Below, piece by piece: positions 50,179-64,000 of a DNA stretch of 64,000 nucleotides. The stretch is taken from positions 6,869,677 to 6,933,676 of the forward strand of contig CM082592.2 in the NCBI GenBank assembly GCA_040954595.2. Direction: 5' to 3'. The first letter of the stretch is position 1; the number at the start of each line of letters is the position of its first letter. Under the pieces are notes generated by a model. That model saw nothing but the letters and a program-made list of their open reading frames with translations, was not told the DNA's origin and did not search any database. This DNA comes from Balanoglossus misakiensis (lineage: Eukaryota > Animalia > Hemichordata). The position numbers and the translations under genes are program-made.

Positions 50179-53100
50179 CTGTGAAGAAAATGACAAATTT
50201 TGGATTCATTACTTCATCGACGTCTCTGCCACGTTTTTTTTTTTTTTATCTCACGTCTGACTGAGTATCGGAGCTAGCAATCACGGAATGAAAACGCTCG
50301 CAAAGTGTCCACTAGAACAGCTTTTAACACTGCCAGCAGGTACAGGCACTCGTCTCTCCCCCCGCACAACCTCGACATTTTATCGGCGTCTCATTATTTT
50401 CCTTGCAAATACCATTTATCGTCGGAATTGCCCTGTGCTACATTGGGTCAAATCGAATAATCCCATTTCAATTTCGCCTATTTCAGTCTCGCGTCGGGGC
50501 AATGGTATTAAATCATTTGAACCTGCATGGACTTCTGCAGAGTGTTGCACCGATCAACCAACTTTGTGAGAAAGGCAGTCTTTCAATATTGTCAACCTCC
50601 GCTACACAAAATATTTCAACCTCCAAACACCATATATATTTAATTCAAAATACGCACTTTAATTCTCTCTGTCTCTCTGCATGTGAATTTCTCTCTCATA
50701 GAAACTGTACTGTTTCTTTTTCTTTACAGACACAGTTATCACAGTTAGGCATCAGATATTTCACATATTCTACTGACAAACAGAAGCCACATTTGATAGC
50801 ACACTGCAACTAACAGCTTCTGCAATATCTAAGCTTCATGACCATGTACCTATCTTCTCTTCGATCTCTTCGATTTACGTGAGTTCAACGTTAAAAGTCG
50901 CATTTAATGGTTAACCGCCAGCAGAATGTTTTTTTAATACGTCAACATTAAATTTTATCACAGATTGTTAGGATCACTCCATACCTCACAGGTATACACG
51001 CCATCACTTAAGCAGAATACACGTTAGTACAATAAAGAAATCTCATTTCATTTTCTATTCTAAACCACCAAAATATCACACATGAAACATTAATATCTAA
51101 TGCATCTGTTACAGTGAACACTGGTGTTCATTGTCCAATGTATATAGCCCACCTTCACACACACACTGAAATATTCTTCAAATGTATATTATACTGATCC
51201 CAAATGTACAAAAAAAACACATCAAATTTGACACCACGGCAGTTTGTACAGACGGGCTCTGGCCTGGCAACAGAAGCCTCTCCCCTCAGGGATGCTAAAA
51301 CGCATCTCGGTCAGGCCAGTGCCGAACAAAGACATTTAGAATGTGACTGCATATTGCATTTGCTAAATGCCATCAATCATACGCTTCACTGGCGGCAGTC
51401 ACATTATCTAAATCATAAATGCTAGCACGGGGGAGAGATTCACCATCATGGGTATTTTAGGCAGTGTCTGTTCCAAGAAATCTGACGGTACTTAAACTAG
51501 ACAATATTGGTGTTCTTGCTAAGGTTGAGGGACATCGGTAAATGATGTGGGAACCCCGGTAACACAATAATAACAACAAAGTAGTCATTCAGAACAAAAC
51601 TTTATATTCTGTGGTGTTCATAGCCATGCCTTGCTTTGAACCAGAGACATTCTTTTTTGCCCTGTCGCCACGGTTGCTATTAGCATTTTGAGTGTCTGTA
51701 TGCAAATTTCAGCCAGTTTTTTCTCCGCTCATTACAGCACAATTATAAACGTCGATCAAAGGTGAATTTCAATTACGGTTTACAAAAAAGACAATATCAT
51801 TAGGGAGGTGGTGCTGTACACAGAGTGGCTGTAATTTGCCAGAAACTACAAGGGGAGTCGAGAGGTAATCTATTGATGCCAAATGGCCACGTACAAATCA
51901 CCTACACTACTGATCATTCAACTGGCAAAGATTTGTAGACAATGCAAAGAGTCTTGATAGAGTTGCTATTGTTATGTTTACACCACGCTGGCGGTGCTCG
52001 TTTCTGTCACTGTCCATGTCCATTTCAGGGTGGCCAGTGTCTGGCTGGCATTTAGCCTCAGAAAGTCCCTTTTCTAGTAAACGGACTAAACCCATCCGAA
52101 GCTTTTGATTGATTGATTGGATATCCGACAGACATACAGTAGAACATACCATCACAGATCAAATGTGCAAATCATCTGTACGATACCAAGCAACAACCAA
52201 GCAGTTACTACACTAATTAAATTTCAGCATCATTCTAACTACGACGACAACAGCGAATAATCCAAAGTCCTCATCCCAAGTCGGAGTCTGACTCAATATT
52301 AACAACTACACGGATATTACGATTCCTCTCAGCTAGCCTTACATAATACATCACCCAAGAGCAGAAGGTTATAAATGCAGCAATCGCCCGTTTCCCATCA
52401 CCAAACCAAACAGATTAAAATTCCGTGCACACTTCACTGCACTGTCGGGTGTCAGCCACTGATTTCCCGGAAAGACAACATGCCATTTGGAATATTTCTC
52501 CAGTCGGGGCGAATATTCCATTCTTAAAAATTCATCTGCGGGGGGAAAGTACATTCTGTCATTACTAGGACTGAGCTTTGCATCCGACGTCCTTCTGTGT
52601 AGGTTTGCGACTCGGCGCGATGATTTGTCGGATTATCGCGCGCCCCTTGAGAAGGAAAAGCTCCTCTATTTGACGAATCACATCCAATCCCTCAAACAGC
52701 TACAACATCTATATTTGAACATCTGTACCTCGTTCTACAGACTGATTGCTCCTGAAGCTGTCGCTTTCCTCCACAAGACGCAGGTTGAATCTGGCCCTAT
52801 TTGCAGACGGCTCATCTGTGCCAACCTCGTGTGCCCTTCTCTTTTGTCACTTGCCAGCACCGGCAGTTTGCAGTGCAAACACCGAAATCCAAACAGAGTT
52901 AAACACGCTGATTATACCAGCGCGGAAAATCTGCACGGAACGCGAACACGAATCTCTCATCGCTCTCAGACCGGAGAAACATCCCATCCCACAGGTTATT
53001 CATCCTCTTTTGTTCCAACAAAACACAGAACGTTATCTTTGCGAAGTACGCACCCCGGGACGCTGAGATTGATGTCCTCGGAATCTGACATCCCCTCGTT

Positions 53101-56100
53101 CATTTCAGCCGGCATTGTGATGATAATACCCCTATGATTAATTCATCGAGCATCTCGGCAGGAGAAAAAAAAGTCCTACCTGTATCCAAGAGGTAATTGA
53201 ATTGCCTGAAGTTGAAATTTAAATGCCTGAATGTGTTCCGTTAATGAGAGCCCAGGTCGGCATCACAACAACCAGGACTTCAAAAAAATACATGTAATGT
53301 TCAATCAAGCACACTTAGAGTGAGACACTAGGAACTGAGATATGTACAGCTGTACCACATCACTAGTCACTGACACTACTTTGCACTTGTGTTTTTTCAA
53401 TCATTCTCAGACTGCTAAAGGGTACGGGTACGCATCAATATGTTCTTTTCTGATTAGCTAACAACCAGTTGGCCCATTGTCGCAGCTACTTGCCAATAGG
53501 TTGGGGTTTTTTTTATTTATATTCCACTGTCAAAACAATCTCCCTGATGACATATGGAAAATTTATGAAAAATCCATCATCTGCAATTCTCCGTCAAGTT
53601 CTAGGGCACGGGATAATTGAGTTCAGCGGTAATGACCAGAGACATCAAAGTAATTTGGGGGTAATTTTTCTGTGGAAATCCCCTGGGATCAAGATTAGAG
53701 ACTATTGGCTAGAACAGCCTCCACAGGGGAATTCGGTCAATTGTGATTTGCCTAATTGATGGGGACAGGATGCTGTTGGCCAGGGTTTCCCCCGGAGTTC
53801 TGGTTACGAAAGATGTTTTTGTCATGCAGTGTGACGCTACGATAGCAAATTCAGACGGAAATTTGCCAGAGGCATATCATATCTAAACTGTCTTTGAGTA
53901 GATTTGTTCAAATGATGCAGCAATGCATGTATGTCAATATTGACATTTGTCATCAAACCAGCCCCAGACAGATGACAGATATGAGATTGGCACGTAGATC
54001 AAAACTGCTGCAAAGCAAGCAATAGCTGCTGTCATTTTCTCTCTCCAAATTTCACTGATGGTTGGTTATGCAACGGAATAAAACTGCTTCTCTGGGTTTT
54101 CCTCCGAACTGGGCATACTAAATGGTTGGCATGGCGATTTAATAACCATCACAAATGGCCCCCGTTTTTTTTTCAGTCCCCGGGTCAATTTGTGCAAACT
54201 GTGGTCAATCAGTGTATAAATCAAAGGTAATAGACGCACGATAAAAAAAAAAGATCTACATACGGCGCAATAGAGGTGAAATGCTCACTGCAAATTAGAT
54301 CATGGGTGTGCTGCGGGCATTCTGCGAAGCTATCACACTCGCATCCTGGCAACGCACCTGCGAGAAACGGGTCGCGGAATGCAGACAGACGAACGGAAAA
54401 CCTACATAAACCTCAACGCACACATCATATGAAAACATACGGACGGGGAGCACAACACAAAGTATGATCACGTCTTTGCGCGCATGTGGGGCTTGTTTCG
54501 TTCTCGCACGTTCAATCTCCCTACAGTTAAAAACACAGAACAGCAACTGGGATAAAGTACATGATAATATCTCCCACACAGATTCCTCGACTGCATAAAT
54601 TACCATACAGCAAATTGATACATGACCACGACTCGCACTGCGGACATCCCCAACATATTGAAATTCCTTTCTGATTTCTCGTTCCAGCGAACTCGTCTTT
54701 GCATGCACCTGTCTGTACACTGATGGATTAATTCACTGCAAGATTGGCAGTAAATGACATGATGTCATACACAGGGGCACACCAGATAATTAATTCTATC
54801 AAATGTTCAAGTAGAACTGACAAATCGGACGGGCAGGGAACGTAATGCTTAATGATGTAAGACGTCGAGACGGGCATTGTTTTTATATTTTGCCCTACCA
54901 GTACATGTTGCTGCAGTATGGTCAAAACACCCCCACAGTTCCTGGTTCAACTATTTATAGCAGCCAGCAGAGCCATAAAACTGTAATTGATTTTGGTGGG
55001 TCTTTCCTTTCTATTCTGGAACCTCCCACATAACATGACCTTTGCTGGCGAGTGGGCAATTTCAAAGGTGAGGGTGTAGTGTACATTTTATTTTGTCAGT
55101 AATTGAACAATTACCGAAATCAGTTTAGCATCATCGAAACCTGAATTTCACGACAGGATCTACAGTAAAATTATAAGTACAAAAAAATCCCCATCTTTCA
55201 GAATCAATCTGTGTGTAACTGAACAGAATTATATCGACCTCTGCATCGTTGTAAATCTATACCCAGAATCGGTGTGTGCAGAAGTCCAACTTAATCAGTC
55301 TCTGGAATATTACACAAATAAAAGGTTAAACATCAGCGCTGTGGTAAATGGCCTAACCTTGTTACTGCAGTGTGGTAGCGAGCTCCTGGGAGAGAACTTT
55401 AAAATTGATCCGTTCCACTGGTGGGATTCGGTCTGCCGGGGTACAGGCAACATGGAACCTGTCTAGACCAATCTGACCTTCCACACATTATCACGTTTGA
55501 AGTCAACATCGTTTATGCGTGCATGAATCAGACATCCAACTTTGCTCTACTCCAAAGCTTTAGGAAATGTGTTTAACAACAGGATGGATGTTACACTCTG
55601 GTACAGTGAGAGTTTTGATGACAGACGGTTGGCACAAGATTTCTTCAAACAGTTGGATTTTTTTTTACACATGATCAAATTGGACGTTTCACAAAATAAC
55701 AGTTAAGGTAATATCAGATAATGATCTGTCTGGCTTGTGACATGACGAACAGCTTTGCAAGATGCTCTCATTAATCTTGAGATGTACTCTCAACGAGCTG
55801 ATGGTTTCCATGGTGATAGAGGCTGATACGGTTACAATGAGAGAACCACGGATTAGTTTGCGTCAGTACACACATATAGTAACAGCTGGTTAGAACCAAC
55901 ACAATTCTAGACAGTTTCAAATAATCAGACTATATGTACATGTACATGAATGCAGCTACACTCTCACTGTCTCAGTCCATGTTTTCGTCAGTGGTTTTGT
56001 GGTATGCACTCAGCAGACACACCAAATCAAATTTCTCATGTGCTAATGTCACCAAGTATGTTAAACCTTACACAAACATCAACTTACTGTTGCATTAACC

Positions 56101-59100
56101 TCCACCCTGAGAAAAAAAATTGCCAAGTTTTTTTTTCACCACCCCCAATTTGCTCAAAACAGTATCAACAACCAACGGCGTTTTGAAACTGCTGACGGGC
56201 GTCGGAGCACCGAAACAGCCTGTGTCTGTGTGACGACCACGATACGAAAATCAATACTCTCCAACGCTAACACTTCAGATCAACAGTGACATTGCACTTT
56301 ATGCGTATCTCATTAGCAGATAAAAACCGGGATGTCAAGGGGGGGGACCGGCGTGGCTCGAATGCCTGCAGTGGCAAGACACGTTCGAGGGCCCACTGCC
56401 GTAAAATACCGCAATCGCTCAGTTTTTCAGGAACGCGTGTTTACCCGAGCTTCATCCAGTGGCACTTAACAAGAATCCATCCGTTGTGAAACAGCGTTTC
56501 CTGCTGACCCGAGCCTGGTTTCCCCGTCTGGGGGGAACTTAATCATCGTATGAGTTTGCCCATCTTGCCAGTTTCTATCCTCTCACAATATCCTGACCGG
56601 ATATACACTAATATTATTTCCATAAACAGATCATCTTGTACATTGATATAGCAATACAGTGTATGTAATCCAATGAAACGAAATCAAAAAGCGCCTGAAG
56701 AGAAGAGCCCACAGAGTTCCACACTGAGGCATCTCTATTCTAGCCAGCTGGGCTATCTGTGCCTCTATCCCCATGCACAGTGACACTTGCAACTGCACAC
56801 TATATAACTACCAGGATGATCGCATCACTTTCTTATAGAACTGAAATGCGAGTCACCTGAGATCCACCGTGCAATTATTTTTAACGTCAGGTGCAATTTG
56901 CCTGTTGATGCCACCCACAGAGAAATTAGAGGCTGATTGTCTATGATTCCAATAAATTTCACAACCTCCATTTTTTTTTTAATTCACAATACGTGTAATG
57001 TAGCATACTAACCAGAGCATTAATTCAAATTTGGTGCACTTTTCACCCTTTTTCATCATCAATCCCACAACTAGTGATGGCTGATAAAAACAGACGCTTT
57101 GCATTCAATTTTGCTCACTTCGTTCCTTTGTGAAAATGCTCCCGTTTATGAATGAAATTCGGGGCAATTTCCCTCGGGTCCCAGCCTCACTCCTCAACCC
57201 AATCCGCTAAATGTTTTATTACCAAATACAAGGCTTTCGCTTTTAATCACCCATAGTCCAGATAGCACTTGTAAATCAATAGACAGGGCTTTATCTGTTG
57301 GGATCATTCCCCGTTTTATGATGGATGCTGTGTTGCACTGTTTACTTTTTGCACAGAAATGAGCATTGTCCAGTGTTGTTCAAACAAAATGAACAGTTCA
57401 CTGCACACAAACTGAGCAAACAAGCGGCTCAATTGATAAGGTGAACACCCTACAGTTAGTTCAAATAATACCATCTCCTATTTTTTTCCCCTTCTGGTGA
57501 TTAATGTTTCGCTGCATATCTGAATATTTCCACCATTTTTCTGTTTAAAAATTAATGAAATCATGCGTCAAACTTGTTATGTTCGGGACGTGACTACAAA
57601 GAGGTGAAACCGCACATTGCATTGCAGCTCGTGAAAACGTGGAAGGAAAAATAACTCTGTATGCAACAATCATTAATCACACACGCACACACACTGAGTA
57701 TTTCTACTGGTTGTCCTATACAAATGCAGAGGAAAATGGCAATTTTTGCCTGCATGCCCTAATTACCAACCAACTCATAAATTCTATTCTTATGACCAGT
57801 TCACACAGACAATACTGAAACTGGCAAGACTGAAATATATCTGTGAATGCTGCTATATTTGACGTGTTTCACAGCACAAACCAAACCAAGCAAATTGACA
57901 ATTTATGATTCAGGTCAAGAGTTTATTTTAAATTTTCATCAGAACCATCACAAAGTATGTAAATATTTACATTTTTACGAGTACACCACTCGGTACTCTA
58001 AGGGGGACACTGACAAAGTTCTATTTGAGTGACACACTTTTGAGAAATAATACAGTGTATTTTTTTTGTAAACTGAGGAGGCCAAAGTTCGAGGGAACAA
58101 GACGACACTAGCTAGACAGAAACAGGGTATGCAAGGTTAAGAAAATATAACACACAAAAGACCTGTTGAGAGAATAGCCTGCAATGTGTGACCGGAAAAG
58201 ACGAAAAACATGGGAACGACTACTCAATGTGCAATTCTGTGTTTACGTTCAATGGTGCTGCATGACTGAACTTGACATTGAGCTGAAAACAATGCTGTCA
58301 AGGACACCAGAGTGTACTCCCATTTGACCTGACTTGTTGGAATCTGCAAACTGATTATTCAATGCAATTTGCAGAGCAGTTTCTCAAAAAGCGTTTTTTT
58401 GACCAAATATGACATTGCCAAAAAGAGGACACTGATGTTGATGATCACGAGGACACACAACGACTCCATAAATTTCAAGGATCTACTTTTTGTGGATAAT
58501 TTGCTGACCAAAATATCCCCTAAAAAACAATATTGATAATATCGCCATTTGATTCAATTTGAAAGCGAAATACCCCTGCGTACCCCCACACACATTTAAA
58601 AGCAATCGGGCAAGTGGTGGTTTCAGAGAAATCTTTTTGACCAAAAACATAATGTTCATACACACAACCATACAAATACATATGTACATGTATAGTTTAC
58701 ATACATGTAATTCATTATTGATGTATACAGATGGCAGATGCTATGCCATCACGTATTAGCTCTTATTTGCCACGTATTTGCTATGTAATGTACATGTGGC
58801 AAACGTGAACCAAAAAATTATCACTGTGCAGAGAAATACACTAAAGTAACCCATACTCAGCAAGATTTTGTTTCCTGGCCTACAAAACCTAAATATTAAA
58901 CTGGGACAAACAGCAGCTGCTATGTAAAAGAGGGGAAGGAATTAAGAGTACGTGGTTTGTGCTAAGCTTGATCTGGAGGGGCGTGTAGCTCCGGGGGGAG
59001 GGGGGCTGAGCCGGACAAAAGACTTGCGCCCGCAGGCTGGTAACATCATCAGTACCCATGTGAGAGCGTCGCACCGGATTTTGATTAAAACACTACTCCA

Positions 59101-59373
59101 TTATTGCCGCTTAGTGCAAATACCACGCCACCTCTCTTGAATCATTCAGTGCTTCAACATCTGTAAGCTTTACGAGTGCTGCCAACACTGTCTGCCACTT
59201 TGCTAAAACCCACACACACACACGCATTAGAAATATTGCCAGCGGAATTTGAAACTTTCCTCTGTAGCATTTTTTTCCAGTTAATCTGTCTCCAATAGAG
59301 TAGCAGAAATAAGCACCCACTAGTTGTCCGAACCTGACAGAGACAGGACCAGAATTCGCAGAGACACAGACTA

Positions 59374-59509
59374 CAGTGAAACCTGTCTATTAAGGACACT
59401 TCTGGGACCATAATCTGTCCTGAATAGACAGGACTTCTGTCTTACAAAATCTGTCCGTAATAGAGAGGTGTCCTGATTAGAGAGATGTCCGTAGTGACAT
59501 GTTTCACTG
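59374..59509. mobile_element. Tc1/mariner-pogo-like MITE (136 bp), TA TSD
   Basis: TA|CAGTGAAACCTGTC ... GACATGTTTCACTG|TA (13 of 14 TIR matches), with repeated internal TGTCC..A(A/T)TAGA motifs. Confidence 0.85.
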
Positions 59510-61444
59510 TATGTGACCATTCTGAACGAATGATTCCCAGTTTTGCAATTAAACTTCCACAGATTACACAAGTCAATATTTACATTTCGGAGGTTTCTTC
59601 AGAAAAAGATTTTTTCAGCATAATTATAACCAGACAGCTGCGTTGGAAACACACACAACCAGACAACGAAAGCCTACAATCACAGGATACAGTAATCACG
59701 AAGACAAGACGATGGCCTTCCGTCCTCCCAGCTTCACTCCAAGTGGAGCCACACAGTAAACATCACTCACTACAACATGGCATGCGTGCGTGTACCGACA
59801 CCGAGCTGTGTTTGCGCGCTGTTCCGACTCGAGTGGCGAAAACCTCACTTGACTAGCCGACACTAATATAAATGAATGCGCGCACACAAGTCTCTTTTAT
59901 TTACAGTAGTTTAAAATTCACACCACTTAGACCACAATGGGAACATTACACCTCTTTGACCGAAATCCTCAAAAGACCCAGTAATGGCAAGGGTCAGCTC
60001 CTCTGGCCCCGCTTTTTGTAATTCAATGGGACCCCGAGTCAGCCGCGCTCATCAAATACGCATGTATCTGGTGTTTAGCGTGCCTTTCTCTCGCTGAAAT
60101 AACATTGACTCCTCACATCTAAAGGTCTGGGATGGAATTCTATCATCGCCGCTCTGGGTCAAGAACCGTTATGCAGCGTTCTCCATCGCGATCGCGCACA
60201 CGGCAGCTCTAGCGTGGGGCGTGGGTATCGCGACATTCCCCACGGACAGAGGGATTTTTCCCCAGGGGGGTCAGCGAGTTGTGGTGGGAGGGACAGAATG
60301 AAGGATTATTCAGTGACGTAGGGCTAGAGACTCAACTGTTGCAAACGTTTATCATTTGCGAAACAAAAGGTAGGATGATGAAGAGACGCTTTGATCGTTT
60401 CTAGAGAGAGAGAGCCGGGACGCACGCCGAGCTGCAGGGGGGAACAGGAGACCCATGCAAATACATACACGCGGGGGCCGCAGCTGTCTGTCTGGAGCCC
60501 ACCCGCTGCATGTCTCTAGCTGCCAATGCTGACAGGCACTCACAGTGAGAGGGCATTATCAATCAAACAAAAACCAACGAATGGGCTATGCACACCTAAA
60601 GCCACTTAGAAAAATCCCTGGCTACCACAGCAAAGGCCGAATGAATCTCGGCCGAGACTCACTCAAAGGCAAAGACAGATCGTTCACAGCTTACAATAGG
60701 GCGTAATTAAACGGGACTCCGATTACACAAACTGGCACGGTTGACGTCCTTTGATACATACTTTCTGCTTTTCCCCCCTCAAACGTCAGAAGTACCCACG
60801 ATGTTCTACTTGCGAGAAAAATACTTGGTTACTCCTCGTACCTAACAGAAGAGTGGCACGGCAAATTTAACACCCCTACAACAACACAAATATACGCGGG
60901 TTACCGTTAAGCTCTCGCAGATTGTGCTTCTAAACTAAGCACGGAAGTTCAATAGCTAGGTCAGCTGATTAGATTGTTTTGTAGCCTGGTGGAGTCCCCA
61001 CTCTCTGAACAGTGTTGCCTCAAAGCTTACCCTTTACAACCGAGCTATGTGAAGCTGAAAATAGCTCTGTCTCGAAAATTTACACTGCAAGCAGCACTTG
61101 AGGTTGAGTGGCCGAGGTATTTGAACAGTGGTCACTAATATGTCATCCGCCAGTGGCGTGGCCATACAGGGCCGAAGCTCGCAAGTGCAGTTGATCTTGA
61201 CATTTCGACCTGCCCACTTAGCAAATTCAAGAATTTTTTCATATTCAGATCGCGTTACATTTGCCTCTACCAACGTGGTAATTTTCGTGCCACGTCACCC
61301 CCCCCCCTCTCCCACACACACCAAACTGAACACCATCTCTGCTAGTCCCTAGTCCACACAATTGCAGCCCCCACCACCCTTGTAACCAGAACGCCGCATA
61401 GAGTGAAAATGAAGCCTGATGTTTGACGACGGAAATCCAAATTA

Positions 61445-61640
61445 CAAGAACCTCACCCTGTTATTGGCAACATGTGAGGACAGCAAATGCCTGATTGACA
61501 CTGTGTATACATCAAGTGTCTATCTGCTGGATTGGGGGCAGGCTGAACCACTCCACAGTGTCAAAGGTGGAGGCAGTTGCCAAGTCGCATTCAAAAGCCC
61601 AGGAGAGTCGTGTCTTGGGTTTAGAATATTCCAGCTTTTT
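61445..61640 (+). mobile_element. Possible highly decayed Ty3/gypsy pol (RT C-terminal) fragment
   Basis: Across a frameshift reads KNLTLLLATCE...VYLLDWGQAEPLHS / KVEAVAKSHSKAQESRVLGLEYSSFF. This echoes the gypsy pattern NLTxNLxKCEF...YLGHxVGxGxVxP...KVEAV...RxFLGLxxYYxxF. Judged by eye only. Confidence 0.35.
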
Positions 61641-62437
61641 TTTCACAGCCAGCAACAGAACCAGTTCTTGTAATTTCCGATGCACTCATAAACCATGCTG
61701 TGATCCGTTTTGGGCAAAAGTGGTTTATTTTTAGACATGCCATGTGGAGGGTGATGCTGTAACTGGGTGCCTGGCTGTCGTAGATCATAATAATAGGTTC
61801 TGCATAATTAAGAGGGCCCTGACATAATGAACTGGGCTCTATACTGCAAACCATCCATTTTCAAATATAAGTCGACATCTCAGTGCAAACTTCAATATCT
61901 GCGAGACAGTCGCAACATCACACAGTTTTTTTACAGCCACCATCACTCAGATGCCCTTCCACATCTATTAGCTCTGCGATAAAGTGGGTAATACCACGGT
62001 GTTACATCTTTTAACACAGGAAGAGCATTTTCCATGAGGAGATCGAGGAAGGCGCAAGATTTCCTGTTTATCCGGCGGTGAAATTTACGAAGGCTCCACT
62101 CACCGCCGGCAAATCTGTCACCACAAGCAGATCAAGCCGATGTAAAGAAGGCCTCTAAACCAATCACCAGTTGTCAACATGTCAACGGGCATTAGCGCAG
62201 TCAACGAGTACAGACACTCATGCAGGGTTAAACGTAATTATTTTTTGTTTCGAGGTGATAATTTCTCCTGTCCTGGGCCATCTTAAGTAAATTTATCTTT
62301 ACGACCATAATTAAGGGCTTTACGGTCCCTTGTCTTGCCAGTGATAAACTGAAGATGAATTTTCCCATTCTCAGTTTCTCCCCACCATGCAGAACCGCAC
62401 CAGCATTATTTAGAAGTTAATGTTCAACTAAAAACCT

Positions 62438-62494
62438 CATCTCTTTTATTGTACATTGTACAGTGCATCTCTTTTATTGTACATTGTACAGTGC
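62438..62494. repeat. 28-bp tandem duplication CATCTCTTTTATTGTACATTGTACAGTG x2
   Basis: Exact copies start at 62438 and 62466. Confidence 0.95.
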
Positions 62495-63582
62495 GTGTGC
62501 AACGGTTATTATCTGAATGCAAGGATTCTACCCACCACACAACTGCACAATTACGAAAATCCAATTGGCTGTTTCTATGGTATTATGAGATTAGCACACT
62601 TTCCTATTATCCTTGCCTTTGTAGTTGCTCGGTTTTCACATACTCGTGTACAGTGAGTGTACAGCTGACAAGAACTGTCTTTGGCTCTACGTGGTCTCGC
62701 TCTTATATTTTTCTCCCCGAACTAATTAATTGTAAATCAGGTCTGAAAACACACACCCAGACATAAACATGCAGAAGAAATCGGACAAGTCTTTTACTCC
62801 CCTTGGAAACAAACATGCGTAAATTTGGAGGGACGACCACACAAGATTATGGCCAGATGTGGATAGCTTCAGTGCACAGACTAGCCCGCGGTTTGAAATC
62901 GGTTTTCATTTCATTGCAAAACTGCACAGCAAAATCATTCATGCCGGGGTTTATTCTTTGGCTGAATTATTTTTTTTCTCCATACGCTACATCTCTAGGT
63001 ACCCCGACTCCTTTTTTCCTGAAACACTGACATCATCTCCGAGTTCCATCTTTCCCCAACACATCCTAACGTCACCACAAACGCCATCTCAAGTTGCCTC
63101 CACTAGCACTCGGAATGCAAATTCACAAAATGTTTGGTCACGGGGTCAGTTATGTGAAAGGGATATTTTCCCCCTACTTGACAATTTCTCTTTCAATACG
63201 CACACACCGAGTACCTCACTAGAATACTGATAAGCCCCCTTTTCCAAAGAAAATCACAAGCTAAACCCCATTCAATTTTGATTTCATTCTGATGTATACC
63301 ATTTCTCTATGAAGAAATGTACATAGCACCTGCCCACACTCTGCAATTCTGTCATTTTTTTCTCAGTTGAAAAATCATCACGGCGAAAAGTCACATTTAA
63401 AATGGAAGCTGGCCTGATATTAATACATAATGAATATCAAATTTTATGTAAAGCATTGTAACCCCCTCCCCAGATAAATTCATGTATAATGTGAAAGAGA
63501 CTAGGCTGAACAAATTCTGTGAATAAATGCATCAGCTATATTTTGGTGTAGACAAAAAACACCATTTAGAAAATTAATTACT

Positions 63583-63611
63583 TTAATTTAAGTCAAATTG
63601 ACTTAAATTAA
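63583..63611. repeat. AT-rich perfect inverted repeat (14-bp arms)
   Basis: TTAATTTAAGTCAA-A-TTGACTTAAATTAA. Confidence 0.85.
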
Positions 63612-64000
63612 TTTAATTTAATTTAATAAAACAAGCTGACCCAGAGCTAAGTTAGGGTCATGGCAAAAAATGCTGGTATTTGTGTTTGAGCAGTATAGAG
63701 TCATCAAATTTTCTTTTATCAGCCATGCTCATACAATTACATTATACACTCATGTTGTTCTTTGAAACAATTCAATTAAACCTCTGACAACCTACGTACA
63801 TGTATCTACAGACGTGTCTCCCTGTTGTGACTGTACCCCCCACCCCCACCCCCACCCACACGACAATTGGCCTCCTTTGAATCATGCGACACAACCCTGC
63901 GGTCATTTCCTGTTAATATCGGGATTCACGATTCCGTGCCGTGCATAAAAAAAGTCCAGTCCTGTACAGTAACGACCAACCAACCCCCGACAGGGGCCCG

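Larger units (their letters stand above)
1..64000 (-). other. AUTS2: Interior (mostly introns) of a long AUTS2/FBRSL1-family gene; first exon and 3' exons probably outside the window
   Basis: Four collinear minus-strand exons splice in frame to an AUTS2-like peptide. Introns between them are 15230, 2903 and 12353 bp. No exon 1 motif (EEDIIDGF-like) was seen upstream of 50178. Gene extent to both window edges is inferred. Confidence 0.75.

Noticed and set aside
52487-53137. Longest ORF in the track (216 aa, plus strand)
   Set aside because: Non-ATG start, no recognisable domain, antisense within an intron; consistent with a chance ORF.
61151-61352. CAGTGGCGTGGCCA hAT-type terminus (similar single ends near 16539 and 53781)
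   Set aside because: No clear matching second TIR or TSD; probably decayed MITE ends, but boundaries cannot be supported.
1-64000. Zero-length recursive splice sites (polyY-AG|GTRAG) in the long introns
   Set aside because: The AG|GT junctions inspected (e.g. near 10051, 15831, 39762) lacked either a good tract or a good donor.

Overview
This is animal (eukaryotic) genomic DNA, almost all intronic. It contains no operons, rRNA or CRISPR arrays, and nearly all ORF-track entries are chance ORFs. The window appears to lie inside one very long minus-strand gene of the AUTS2/FBRSL1/fibrosin family. Four short phase-0 exons with canonical splice sites (50068-50178, 34739-34837, 31800-31835, 19420-19446) splice to QEGIRKTASRNRDKYAQRGLENGTETKFHKLRTGRKK|TRSPHSGKCTSDENTRPQETNGVRSSSRERLSD|ASSHSSSGKGYI|CDSESEEDR. 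The last three match the recalled vertebrate AUTS2 stretch RSSSRERLSD|SSAPSSLGTGYF|CDSDSDQEEK, including intron positions. A 52-nt candidate for the next exon lies at 12087-12138, but its sequence is unlike AUTS2. Exon 1 and the 3' half of the gene were not found and probably lie outside the window. The introns hold non-autonomous DNA transposons: a 918-bp hAT-like element with a 6-bp TSD and a broken TTF-type zinc finger, TTAA-flanked piggyBac-like and Kolobok-like MITEs, a TA-flanked pogo/Tc1-like MITE, and a MITE with four TGAGTCA motifs. They also hold a 30-bp minisatellite, microsatellites, palindromes and enhancer-like motif clusters. An invertebrate bilaterian source is an inference from peptide divergence and repeat types. 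All homology calls are from memory, not from a database search. No wholly new biological system could be supported.
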